NCBI GenBank assembly: GCA_012295275.1 | Contig: CM022673.1 | Location: 19,716,001-19,780,000, forward strand | Direction of reading: 5' to 3' | DNA: 64,000 bases | Source of the DNA: Chrysomallon squamiferum | Lineage: Eukaryota; Animalia; Mollusca | Shown here: positions 41,345-54,900 of the stretch, piece after piece | How the letters are laid out: every line of letters starts with the position of its first letter | How positions within the stretch are numbered: the first letter of the stretch is position 1 | Notes under the pieces: model-generated | What the model was told of the DNA's origin: nothing | Database searches by the model: none | Seen by the model: only the letters and a program-made list of their open reading frames with translations | Position numbers and translations under genes: made by a program

Positions 41345-41950
41345 GTCACGAGGCTCACACCTTTAAAGTCTGTGTATGTTTTTTTAAAGCTCAGTCTAGG
41401 GTAACAAGGTGCTTTAATGGCCACCTAACAAGGAATATAAACACTAAACTGACAGCAAGTTAAGGTTTACGTTAATTATTTAATTATGATATACAGGCGA
41501 TAATAATACATTATACAATCATAAAACATATGTTTAAGTAATTTTGATTAATGTTACGAGAAAGGTTATTTGGGGAACCAAGACAATTTTAGGTAGTATA
41601 AACGTTACTGACACAGGTTAATTGCATATTACACCCTATCAAAATAAGAATAGACAACTGCTTACAAGACAATGTCATTCAAAAACTGGTTTCCCAACCT
41701 GATTGAACTCTGGTCTTAACTGTTTCCTTCACTTTTGCTTACTTCTCTCTCTAATTACCAAATGCCAGCCCTTTTTTATAACAACGCCATGGAGATGAAA
41801 AATTTGCGGAAACAATAAAAAGAGTGGATGTGATTGTAGTAATAATTAAAGTTACGCAATTTCAATTCCACAGCTTAAAAATAAAAGAGCGGATGTGATT
41901 TGAAGTAATAATTAAAGTTACACAATCTGAATTCCATCACTTAAAAATAA
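41345..41950. repeat. Dispersed repeat copy B (inverted relative to 17123-17809), ending in ~66-bp tandem units
   Basis: Reverse-complement match to copy A; tandem units start at ~41815 and 41881 (ataaaagagYggatgtgatt...aattcca...cttaaaa). Confidence 0.88.
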
Positions 41951-42953
41951 ATGATTATTGTTATGGGGTAAATTAGGCTTCACCAAATCCTCTACTTTTT
42001 TCTTATTTTCCTCTTATTTTGACAATTTTTTGTTGGTTGCATTCTAGGGAGATATGAAATACGCAGCAGAATGGTTTACACTTTCTGAAAGTATAATCAT
42101 TTTTACTGCTCTTTAAAAGCTTGGGTCATACTGGCACTCTTTGGTTTAATCCTTTTAGATAAAATAAAATAAATAATAAATTAATAATAATAACAACTAA
42201 TAAGTTAAGATAAGACAACAATAGAAATAATAATAAATAAATAAATAAAATCAAAATAACAATAATAAGAAGATTATGACTTACAAACTGAAAGAAAGCA
42301 AATACTATTAAAGGAATAAAACAAGAAGCCCCCCCAAAAGAAAAATTATACAACCACAAACTTGATAGCAACTGGCCTTGCCTTCTGCACATATTCCCTG
42401 TACTTTAACAGTAATTTTAATTCCTAGTCTAGCCAGAATTGACAAGTCTGTTATAGATACTCTTGAGAAAACACAGTCCTTGATCAAGTTATTTTAACAT
42501 AATTTTTTAGGAATAACTCATACTACATGCCCCTATATGATCTTCAGTAAAGCTATGAGGTAACAACTTGGATTCCTGTTATTCAAAACAAAAAAAAAAA
42601 AAAAAAAAATAATAAAATAAAAAACAAACCCAATAAAACAACAACAACAATAAAATCCTCAGATTTCCTCTTCGATGCAAGTATTTAGACAATATCATGC
42701 AACAGATCTCCAATGCTGTGAGTTAGATGTCATCATATGAAGGTCAAAGCTTATATGTGAGAGGAGCATCATATGTTACAAGCATGGATTTTCAAACACC
42801 CATCAAATAGATGCATTAAAAAAAAATACATTCAAGACTGTAACTTAATGTTGTGAATAGTTTTGGAATTGTCTGACAGTACAAGGATGTAGTTTAAGTG
42901 CAGACTTACGGTTGCTAGCTTTTGTTTACTTGTGATGAATCATACTAATGATT

Positions 42954-42954
<1 letters not shown>

Positions 42955-43003
<49 letters not shown>
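42955..43003. repeat. (AAT)n microsatellite
   Basis: Read directly; it produces the poly-Asn in spurious ORF 42948..43145. Confidence 0.9.
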
Positions 43004-43005
<2 letters not shown>

Positions 43006-43222
43006 GCAAACTACAGCGAATGAAAAGGATTGTTTTAAGAGGTTGTATGTCTATGATGCATCCCCCATACTTGTACTATAAGCAAGGAATATTTAAGTTT
43101 GATAGTTTCTGTGTTGAAGAACTAATGGTAATTTTGCTACTTTAGAAGCCAGCACTCATTTTCTATACCATGTGTTGTATATAGACCAACATGCATCTAG
43201 AGTGGCAGCAGAATCAAGAATA

Positions 43223-43450
43223 CAGTGGTACCTTGACTTATGAGGGCCCCAACTTATGAGTTTTCTGAGTTATGAGCAGTCGCTTGGTTGATTTTTTGCT
43301 TTGAGTTGCAAGTGACATTCAGATATGCCACTACAGCATCCCACATTTCTCGTTTACTTCACATGGTTACCTAACTGTGGCAGCATTTCTGTTGTGTTGT
43401 GTTCTTGTGTTTTTCTGACCATGGACTGTAAGAAAGTGAGTGCAAAGGAC
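43223..43450 (+). mobile_element. Tigger/pogo-like DNA transposon 5' fragment
   Basis: TA followed by the TIR-like CAGTGGTACCTTGACTTATGAG, with the internal repeat ACTTATGAG. MDCKKVSAKD at 43421 resembles Tigger transposase N-termini (recalled MGPKKVSAKD). No right TIR seen. Confidence 0.65.
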
Positions 43451-44459
43451 ATGTATACTTTGCTGACAGACAGCAAAAACAGATCTTTGAGAATTAGTCA
43501 TCTTTATTTCAATCATAGCCATGTTTTATTAAGATTTATATTTAATCTACTACAATCAGACTTTTGTATTTTAACTACATTATATTTTTAAATTTGTCAT
43601 TTCTCTTTTAAATGCCAGTTTAGCCATTACTTGTAGTGATTTAGTTTTATATCACTTACACACTATATATGTATTATTTATGACATTATACGTAATGATG
43701 TACAGACTCTCACTTTTCCCAGACAATTTTTGCACTCTTTAAAAATACAGGACCACAAGAGGTGCTCTCACACTACTGGTTTTACAGTATTATTATAAAA
43801 TATAAAGAATTTTTTTATTTTAATATGACATGTTCTACAATTTTGCTAAAATATTTAGCAGTATGTTGGCCATACCTTTGCTCAGAATTTTCAATAATCA
43901 CTAATGGGTATATTAGTTCAATATAAAACATGTACATAGACTGTAATTTGTCATAAATGTTCATTAATAAATCTGGCAACCTTAGGTTAACCATTTCCCT
44001 GATCTGTATTTGATTTCAGGTAAACAGTGCTTCATGGTGCTGTATTCATTTTAGATCACTAACAACAAAAAATACAGATGACTGCAAAGGGTTTATCCAG
44101 AGTTTACCCAAATCAGCCATATGTATTGTTTCAACTTCTATTTAAATTCAACAAATCACATATTATTTTCTCTGATTTGGAGAGAGAATATCAGGATAAA
44201 AGAAGGAAAATTATCAAAGAATAAATCATATCTAATGAAAAATTAATAAAATACAATTGAAAGCCAGTATTTTCAGTTACTAACATATTTATGAAAGGAT
44301 TTTTTTTTTTTTTTTTTTTTGAAAGAAGATAATTATGATGAAGCATAACTAGAATAGTTAAAAAAACATTTCCCCTTAATAGAGAAAGGAATTAGGATGT
44401 AGATTGACATTTCACAATTATTTTTTAAAAATTACATCACAATTATAATATAAAGAATA

Positions 44460-45720
44460 CTATGATTTTAAACACTTTACAACTTTATCAAGAATTTCAG
44501 GTGACCTGTAAGCCACAATTCCAGATATGCTGTTACCCTTGATGGCTGATGTTTTCTGATGATATTTAACCTGTTCTATGCTACCTGAAATAATGCTGTT
44601 GTAGGCAATCATTCCCCCTCCCAGAGCTAACAAAACTGCATGTGGTGAACAACAGTCCCAGCTGTAAATGCTAGATTTACTGAGGACATAGGCATCCACA
44701 ATCCCATTGGCAACACACAACAGTTTATACCCTGCACCAGGAGCATACTGGATATTAAATTCTGATGATAACTTCTGATAAACTTCTCCTGTATCACTTG
44801 TACTCATAATCAGAGTTGGAATTTGTCTGGGAATTTTCTGTTTGTCAAATGAACTGAATCTGATTTTTTCTGTACACACTCCCCAGTTTGTCACACTTTC
44901 CCAACTGCAAAAAAACAACAAATTTATATCAGAATGAAAAAATATTTCAAATAAAATATATTCAGTGATTTGAAGTAATTTATTTTATAGATTTTGCAAA
45001 ACTTGCAAAATATGTCTGTAGCGTTTTAAAAAAAATATTCTTTTCCAAAAAAAATGTTAATATGAATTTTAATAAATATACAAATATCCAAACAGCTTTT
45101 CGTGATTTATATCAGAGAGAATAAAACTGTGATAAAATCAACTGAACCTAAAGCACATCTACAAAGTGACAAATAAACAATAAATGGTTCCTAATTTATA
45201 AAAAATTCATGAATACTTTCTCATATAAATAACACTTGAATCTATCAGTTTTTGTCCATTAAGAAAATAGGAAATGCAAAAAGTCTTAACACAAATTACC
45301 TTAATTTGATTTGATAAAATGAGAAAATTGCCATGAAGCAAACAATTTAAGACTAACAAATTAATTTCACACACAAAGTATATATTTTCAAACAAATAAA
45401 CAAATAACTTAAGGAATGAATGAAATTTAAAAAAAAAAAATCATTACAAACCTTTTTGATTTATCATTATAATGAGCAAATGGTTGCACAATAACTCCAA
45501 GTAAAGGCAAACCAGTTGTCTGGCTGTATGCACCAATGAGAATGGTGACACACTGCAATCCCTCATCAACAACACCAAACTCATTATGGTTTCCAATTTG
45601 TCCATGGATATACTGAGCTGTAGAATCTTTTAAAACAATTTGAGAACTATTTATAAATAAAAATTAGTAATAATACTGAGAACATGGAGACAGAAAATAA
45701 AGATTTACAAATTAAAATGT

Positions 45721-45757
<37 letters not shown>

Positions 45758-47897
45758 TGTTAAATCATACATTTTTATTCTGAAGTGTATAATTATTATC
45801 ATTATTTTCTGCCTATGTGTAATTAAGTTAAAACACACTGAAAGAAAAAAAAAAAAAAAATGATATTTAATTATACAGTTTAGATACTACTTAAAAATAC
45901 TACACACTCCTGTAGGATATATCTATATTTTTTTCTTTTCTTTTTTCTAGTTGCTCTGTAAGATTTGCAAAGATATTTGTGGCAGGTATATTGCTTTATT
46001 TTCTTCACAAATATCCTTTAATTCCTGTAATATCCTGCTTGTAGCAATGACTTGTCATCTCTGATGCATCTTACTAATAATATTCATATATACAGGATCA
46101 ATACAAATTCAGTCTAACTGTAGTGTTAAACTAAATATTAATACACACCTATAGGATCAATCCAAATGCAAACATCTGTCAGAGGTATTTCACCAGTCAC
46201 ACAATCAATTTTGGTCTCAACAGGAACAGGTATGTTAGAATGAACTGCGTCAGCCAAAAGGCTTGCTGCTGCTGAATTTCCATTGAGAATATCACCTAAT
46301 TTAAAATTTCAGTTAAAATTTAGAAAAGGTGAAGAAAAAAAAATAATAAATTAAAATAATTAAATAGTTTTATAACTGGAATAATGTATCATAAAAACAA
46401 AAATACAGTTTGGTCACTGACATACTATCTAGGTATAGTGATAACTGCTGTTGACCCCACCTGGGTAGAACACTGGTGGAAATATTTCATTTAAGTTGCA
46501 TGTTGCATTTCTTGTGAGAAAAAAAAAGACGTATGTAAAATTTCAGTCAAATCAACCCCTCTGCCCCAAACCCCTTTAACCATAAAAAAATTCCTTACAC
46601 TCATCGGTGTGGTAAAAACAAAAGTCAGCAATTTTAAGATAAAATTTAATCATCCAGATTTCATTTACATGGCTACTACTTCATTCATAAACAGAAATAT
46701 TACAATAAAACAATATAATTATAAATAAATAATTCAGATTTATAAATTTTGTGTATGATGATAAGATTGAAAAACGTAATTCTTACACAATAATGACTTT
46801 GTTTCCTCTACACTTTTCTTTAGTTTAACCACCACTGTTTCTCCAAGAGTGTTTGTAAATGTACTACTTTCTTCTCCATATATTCTACTTTCAATTCCAG
46901 CAAACTGGTTCCATATATAAGTAAAATTTATTAAAATAAATAACTGTTATTATCATTATAAAATGAGATTCTATATTAATAAATTATTCAGCCAATTATA
47001 CTATGCTTATTCACAAGAATATTTACATATTTTAATACAATTCAGTGACTTTTACAAATATTGTGCATAGCTATTGCTATAAGTTGTAGTGAAATTAGTC
47101 ACAAAAACAAAACAGATTACTACAAAAGTTCTTACTAAACAGACAATGCTGAATACAACCATTAATGATTACCTTCCTAAGTAATAAATAACTGTTACAG
47201 AAATAAATACCAACAAAGCCAATAAAAGCCACCATTTTATTTTGACTTTGCAGTGTGTGAATGTGATTTCTAAGAGTAAGACTTTATTCCTAAGACTTTC
47301 TGTGAAGCTGCACAGTACAATGTTTGGTGAAAATATATGCTTTTTAAATCCCAGAATTACAAGTTCAGAATGTAATGTTGTTATAATCATATTGTGCTAC
47401 TTACACAACTCATAATATTTAACTCAGAGCTAGCTTACCATACTATAAAATTATAGTTTATTTGCAACACTCTATTTTATTTTATTCTTCAAAAATAGAT
47501 TTACCTGTTGTTTCTCATTTTCAAAAGTCACATTCTCAAACAGACTGCAAATAGCATTTCCAAATCTAATTTATAATACTAAAAAACACTGTCACGTTTA
47601 CAATTAATAAGTCTGTAAATCAAGTTAAATAAACACATTTTCATTGTTGTTTTAATAAAATGTTGGATTAAAAAAGGACATATTTACTTCTTCACTAAGA
47701 TCATGCCTAACCATTTCTTGAATGATAACATCTGCTAATGTTTTAAAATCTTGCACAAATCTTGTATTCCTTTCATTCCTTTTTTCTTGAACCAGCAATT
47801 CAAGGAGTCCAGTATCTGATCGAATAATGGAAGCTACATGTGCTCCTTTCTGTGCAACACCAATAACAGCTGACAGTAATCTGTATAATGATATCAT
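44460..47897 (-). CDS. INPP1: Inositol polyphosphate 1-phosphatase, ~364 aa
   Basis: Minus-strand exons 47897-47688, 46904-46787, 46295-46149, 45626-45452, 44904-44460 (1095 nt). Motifs: DFKTLADVIIQE, IYGEES..FTNTLGE, IWIDPIDST (metal-binding, split by an intron), GLQCVTILIG, GAGYKLLCV, WDCCSPHAVL. Confidence 0.93.
45722..45752. repeat. (CA)n microsatellite in an INPP1 intron
   Basis: Read directly from the sequence. Confidence 0.9.
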
Positions 47898-48499
47898 TTT
47901 TCATCTGTAATGAACAAAATAAATTATTACAACTCAACTGTTATATACACTTTGCTCAAATACCATGAGTATTGTTTTGTCTTTTGATTATTTTTATACA
48001 CACGACAAAAAGTTTTCTTTTTCAATATTAAAATTATATTCAATATTGAAAACAATTATTGTCAACGTAGATTTTCTCCACATAAACCGTTAACTGGGGA
48101 TTTTATGATGAAGAAGAAGAAAATACTTAATAAAGATTCTCGCTGAAATGTTCATAATTACAAAAAATTGTATAGAGTCACCTCCCTTGGAGCGAGACTT
48201 GTTTTAAATTAAAAAAAAATTTTAGGAGATTATTTCTTTGTATTTTTTTCTTGGATAAACATTTATTTTATTTTATAAGCAATAAATAATAAAAATTTAA
48301 ATTGATAATTGAGAGAAATTTGAACGGCAGCTTTTTTAAAATTTTAATTATTATTATTTTTTTTATCAATTATTCAATTTAATTATTTATTGAATGAGGT
48401 ATCGAGTGATATTAATTATCACATAGGTAAATACAGCATATAAGGAGCTCACTAACAGTGGTCTACATACATTTTTTTAAAAAGAAAGGAAACTAAAGA

Positions 48500-48720
48500 A
48501 TAAAAAGGTCGACACTGCACCACAGAAATTATTAAAAACAAAGAACTCCCACATGTCAAAATCAACTACCGCCTGCGTAAATCGTCACCAGTTTATGTAG
48601 TAACTGACGTCACACCCACAATCCTTTGTAAACTTTTTCTTTGATGGGTTTCGTTGGCAAAATTTATACTCGATATCGAAAACAAATCAAAGAAAATCCA
48701 TCATAAAATGATAAAATCCA
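48500..48720. promoter_or_regulatory. Candidate bidirectional promoter core INPP1 / CDK12-13
   Basis: Start codons are ~1.06 kb apart head-to-head. A CpG-containing patch holds a full palindromic CRE TGACGTCA (48605-48612) and the DRE-like palindrome TCGATATCGA (48670-48679). Confidence 0.6.
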
Positions 48721-48959
48721 TTCATTAAACATGAAAAATTAATTGAATAAGATTAAAGTGAAAGCTTTTACAAATATATTTTTCACGTAATAGAAAAATT
48801 TGGCTTATAAATCGCCTTAATATATTGAGACATTTTCTGACAATGGGCTGAAGCATTATCTTAATACTTTTGGTTGATTATCTGTTTGGTTGTTAGGCAC
48901 TCTTAAATACCGTTTATGTTCCAGGAACTAGTTTTGCCTCGACAACCACATTGGTTGAC

Positions 48960-51900
48960 ATGCCAAAACCCTCTAAACATCGTAAAAATCGAAGGAGCCC
49001 GGTATTGCAATACGACGAGTACGACGCTCGATCATATTCTCATCTTGTACCACAAGACGGACAACAGGATGCAGCTGTCAGTTACAGAAAAAAACATTCA
49101 AAGAAGTCTCGTCACAAACGTTCAAGGGATTCTGAAGCTAAAAAAGCGAGTGTACCTGCTCCTTTACCCACACTGCTCAAGACGTCACTTGTTGCGTATG
49201 ACGACATAAGGTTAGTGTAAAATAAACTGTTATAGTCACTAGTGTATCATTAATATCACAAAGTTTCGGTATTTGAGTATGCTCACAATGCTGTATTTGT
49301 ATGTTTAATGGTCACAGTATTATGACTATGAGAATATTATGTGTATGGTTATTTGCACAAAAACATAAAAACACAAGGGTCAACTAAAAAAAATTGATTA
49401 ATTTCTTCTTATTCTAAAAGCTAGTGAAGTGATACAGGCAGTCATTTTTATGTTTGTCTCCCATCCCTGTTTATTGAACTAAATATACTTGAATTTACCT
49501 CATTTTACCAAATCCAGCTGTCTTCAGTCTGCCAGTCTTTTGGGCAGAGTACTCTACTAACCCATAGTAAAAGCATGTAATTAACTGCAATCAGCTGATC
49601 TTGTCCATGATCATCAAGCCCATATAACATATCAAGCAAACCAAGTTTCATTTTTATAATGCCTTGTTCGTTAAGCGAGGCCAGAGTCTTGCAAGGATAT
49701 TTGAATTTGTGTGGGTCCGTAATTGCCTGAAATGAAATTCTGAACCTTTGGTATGTTAAACAGTTTCCTGGTTCTGTTTTTAAGTTTTTACTTTAACTGG
49801 AAGAATGAATATTTCGTTTAAGAAGGTTTTCGTATGTACTGTTTACATTTTGAACACATAAAAGTAATAAAGATTGTGAAAATACTGAAAAATGTTTGCA
49901 TGGCACTATCGAAAATTTAAATTAGCACCTTTGATGTTGTTAGTTTGTTGTAATTAGCAGATGCAAATTCTCATTCACTGAATGTTTGAAAATGGGATTT
50001 TGTTGATGCTATAGTGCAAGTCTAAATAAAGTTTTTATTCCTTCTGTTTTTTTTTTTTTGAAACATTAACCTTTCAGACATTTACATAATGTTACTCACA
50101 GTAAATAAAGGTATGGTGACTTTGAAATCAGTATAAACATAGTGATTTTCCATTATAAATAGAATCCAGTTCATGGCATAGCCTCAATTTAGTAATCAAA
50201 TGATTTGTCAGTCTCATGGAAATAGAACTGGGCTTGTAAAAACTTATTCATTCATTGGGTGTATTGAATGTGTGTATATAAATGTAACTTTAACATGCAT
50301 TTTAAAATTTCTTTAAAATTATAATAAAACATAGAAGAATGGATAGAAAATCTTCCAATTTTCAGAAAGTAAAAATATTGTAACTGATATTTGTCAGCAT
50401 TTATCAAACCTTTTTATATAGATTTGTTTTAATACTAATAATGAGCCTGAAAGGATTGAGACTTTCACATAAAAAAGTGTATATTCTTAAGTAATTTTAC
50501 AAATACAAACGGGTGCTATTTTGGAGTGTCATCTACTTGTCATGAAACTACTCTGACGTCTATCTACAACTTAAATGGTGATCTACAGCAAAGAAAAACA
50601 TCTACAAAATTTCTATAATATTAGAGCATGTCAAGAAAGGATAATTGTATTCCTTAACAGGAGATGTCAGTTTATAGCAGGCAGGTAAAGTAATAAAACA
50701 GATTTTACCTAGCTTGGGTTGGAAATGGATTAAATTGCTAAAGAACCGTTTAGATGTTAGCTGTGAAGAAAAGGCAGTTGAAAGAACCTGGTTGGATATA
50801 AAAATTCTAATTAAAAAAAAAAAAAAGAGAGGTGTGAACAAAAGAACCTTTCAGTCACACTTTGATTGTTTCTGTTGGCAATAGAGGAAGAATGCTGAAG
50901 ATTTTTCACTTGCATTTCATAGCCGATGTTTGCTCAGTTCATTGATCAAATTATTCAATTCGTATACTTTTTAGCCCTTGTTCCTATAAATTATAAATAT
51001 ATAAGAAATAAAATGTTTCATTTATGCCATGAAAAGTAATAAAAAACCCCAAGAATAAACAAAATAATAATTAAAATAAGTGATACATCAACACCATAGT
51101 AGCACCTACACATGTTATGTTACTAAATAGAAATCACCACTCAACTCTTCCCCTTCCCTCATATTTTGTATAGCAAAATATGTGGCCTCATATTGATTCC
51201 ACATTGGTGACTTCATGATGAAGGTCTGTTATATAATTCAAGAAAAAGTGACAAGAATACATACAATATAAATAGTATAATGAATAGCATATTTTTTCTT
51301 CCTTATTTTTATTTTTTGCATTAACTTTGTTCATTAATAACTTACATACAGTCAAAATAAAGGAGCCTATAGTTCAGCAAGCCCTGGGATATATTTGCAC
51401 TAGTATCTCATTGCATAATTCTTAGTATCAGTAAACTTGTTATACCATCCATTTCTTTATAATTTATTGAATAACATGACCTCTTTCTCACTGTCCTGCA
51501 TTTCCTTTTCCAAGCCGATAATTTTAATTTCCTATTTATTACTACATAGTATTTTTTACTTTTATTTAATGTTTTAATATATCTGCTACAAAACATCTAA
51601 TTTACTTAACTTGTGGCATCAGGTTTGACCTCTGGTTTCAGGAAAGAAAGAGGAAGTTGATTTTATTAAGTATAGTAAGCAAAAGAAGTTATCATTATTT
51701 TTATAATTGGTTAAAATAATATTTATCAGAATTTTTTTTCCTTTTAAGGATATATATTTATTTAATCTCTATTTAATGTCCACCAGTAACTTTATCCATT
51801 ACATAATGAGAGCCTCTTTCTGAAAATGATCCTAAGCAGTAGGATAGAAGAAATGAAATGTTACTTTGTTTTTACTTTTTCAGGTATATTATGTTCCCTG

Positions 51901-54900
51901 TAATGGAACAAAACTGGAAATCAGTGCATTTTACCACAACTGTAATATTCACTTTTGTTTATCAGTATTTAATTTAACAGTGTCAAAAGTTATTAATTAT
52001 ACCTTTCAAAGACATTAATTATTAGAAATATAAACACTATTCTGCTTTTGTTATGTATCTAAATTACTTCAAAGTTGTTATGAAAAAAAGTGTTATTACA
52101 GAGCATGTTTACTAAGGATGTTTTTACAATCCAACCATTGAACATGAAGAAATGCTGTTTTAAATAATAAACAAACTCTTCATGATTGTATGAATTTATT
52201 TCAGTCATAATCCTTAATGTATGAGTATTATTAGTAAACAAAGAGGTATACAGAAGAAAACAGTTACAGAAATATTTTTAGCATTGTCCATTTATTAGTT
52301 ATGTAGAATTTAAATTTGTTCACCTATGTAGTGATTGCAATCATATATGTGATGTTGGATTATGATGTAATGAAGGTGCCTACATTATGAAATATGAATA
52401 ATCTTCTATTAATAAACAAAAGTCACCCTGTTTAAATGTTATTATGTTTCCTGATACAAAGATATTGACACTAAAAGCAGTAGTATCCAAAATAATATTG
52501 TTAAATATATTGACCAGTCCTCATTAACAGTTTGCACAAAAGTGCTAATTAGAAATTAATTATATATGAATATTTTACAGTATTAGAATAAAAATGCGAA
52601 AGGAAACAAAATGTATATCTTTTGCAAATTTTTATTTTTTTATCTTTATATATATTTTTTTACCAACAAAATCCTTACAATCCCTGGTATTACAGTAATG
52701 TACATATAAATTTTAGATATTCAAGACCATCATGATGTTTATTTTTAAAAAGAAAAAATTTAATGTAAATTTAATGATATATATTTTCATACTTTTGTAG
52801 CTCTGACTCTGATGGCGGATTGTTAAGTGTTAATGTTAGCAAAAGACTACCACGATCATCTCCAGTTCATGTAGGACCGAGTCGGATCAGCACTAGCCAT
52901 GGTGAAAAGCGTGCTGAGTCTCCAGCCACAGCAATAAGAAGTTACCTTAATGAGAAAAGTCAGAGCAATTCTCCAAGACCAGTAATCAGTCCACCATACA
53001 TATCAAGCAGAAAAAGCAGCAAGCGACACAGGGCTTATTCCCCTGATCTGCACAAGGATGGTCACTTGGAAATAAACACAAGACAATACTCTGAACATCC
53101 TAAAGCCTATGCAGGTGACCTGCCTCGAGCGTTTGGTGGAGTTTATAATTCGAGTCCACCACCTGCAAAAACTAGCAAACGTTACCGCAGTCCCAGTCCT
53201 TACAGTTTTGGCCGCAGTGATCGCAAAGACAGGGGCAAAAGCCCAAGCAGGTAATGTTACTGATGTATTAGACCTTCATTTTGTTTTTAAATCTGTATTT
53301 TGTTAACTGACAAATGGCAAATCGTCATATATCCATATTTTTGACAGTAAGATATTTTGTTTAATTGTTAAAAGCATATTAAATATTAATTTATTGGTAA
53401 GATTGTTACAGAAGCCTAGATTGATGATTTGGAGTTTAAAATGAATAATTTCAAACTATTTCATACTTTATAAAAAAAGAATTGTTCCCTGGTGTGTCTA
53501 GAAAAGCAAAAGTATTGTAGTTTGATAATGCAACTAGAAACAAGATTGCAAAATAAATATTTGTGAGTTAATTTCCGATAAAAACATTTGGTTATTTAAT
53601 ATGTATTTTAATTTTCTAATTAGGTTTTGTTAAATACCACTTTAAGGCAGTGTGAAAGTGTAAAATAGGTAAAGTAAACAAAATTTAATGGATAGTAAAC
53701 GATAATACTTTGAACCCTAAATGCAAAAATTCTGTCTGTTCAAGTTTCTTTCTTGCTGTTGGTGGAAATACAGCATAAAAAGACAGAAGATGTTATTTTT
53801 AAAAACTGATTTTATAGTCTGAAGATTCATCAGAGGAAGTGTACATTGTGCTCATTTGTTTTTGCTCATGCTTCTGATTTAAAAAAAAAAATTTGTTGTT
53901 GTAAATAGGGTGCTCTTTTAAGCAATCCATCTTTTTAGAGTGAAAAATTGTAAAAAAATACCACCAAAATCTCTGTTGTAATCTCAACAAAACATTAATG
54001 TATAAGTGTGCCAAGGTCCATTAGAATTAAATTGACAGTTTCTGACAAATACTGATATCAATGCTGCAGGATGCAATGCAATAAGAAGAGAAAATGTTAA
54101 GACACTATTATTTGTTTCTTCAAGATGTCATACTTGAATAATTCAGATACTCAGCCAGTCATTCAGCATCAAGTACATGGTCATATACATTTTCTATTTA
54201 AACTGCCTAGAACAAAAGGTTCTGATACTGAAGGTGCTGAATGCCACCAAATTTACATTCGGTCGACTGGGATGTTAAAAACACTATGGCTTAATCACCC
54301 CAAAACTAGCACTTGGGTGTGCTTTTTTATCTATAAGTTATAACACAAGGGCCTATGTTAATAATTTTATTGCGAATATTTATTTCACATAAAAGATTTG
54401 CTCATAGTTCCATAAACTGGATGTCTCGGTTTACCTTAATTTGCCAACATCTATTTATAAACACTAATTTTGTAGACCAGATATGCATGTATTTAACAAG
54501 TCATGATAAACAAAACCATAAGTCTCTCTGTAAAACTGATCATGGCCTTTCACATCATCTCAGCTGAATACATCTACATGAGTACCTGTCTTCGACAAAG
54601 AATAATTTCAGTATCACATGTTGGTATATTTGCTTAAGTGACTCTTTGAAGAATATATAGTTTTAATCTTACTTCAAAAGTTAATGATCACTTACATGTT
54701 TTCCTTCACTTAAAAGCTGAAATATGAATTTCGGCCACTTTAAGCCCTGCACAGTACAGATGTTGTCTGCCATTGTGCAATTTTAAAAACCAAAAATGAG
54801 GGCTTTACGTTACTTTGCTTAACACATTGTTAGCTTAAGGATATTTTTACAAGGCAGAGCAATTAGTGCTAGCAATTAGTGCTAAGATAATAATAAAAAA

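Noticed and set aside
42948-43145. Poly-Asn ORF
   Set aside because: It is the translation of an (AAT)n microsatellite.
22456-46020. Other ATATCCTT U12-like donor motifs (~22457, ~26195, ~28682, ~46011)
   Set aside because: None is at an exon boundary on the coding strand, and such motifs are expected by chance in AT-rich DNA.
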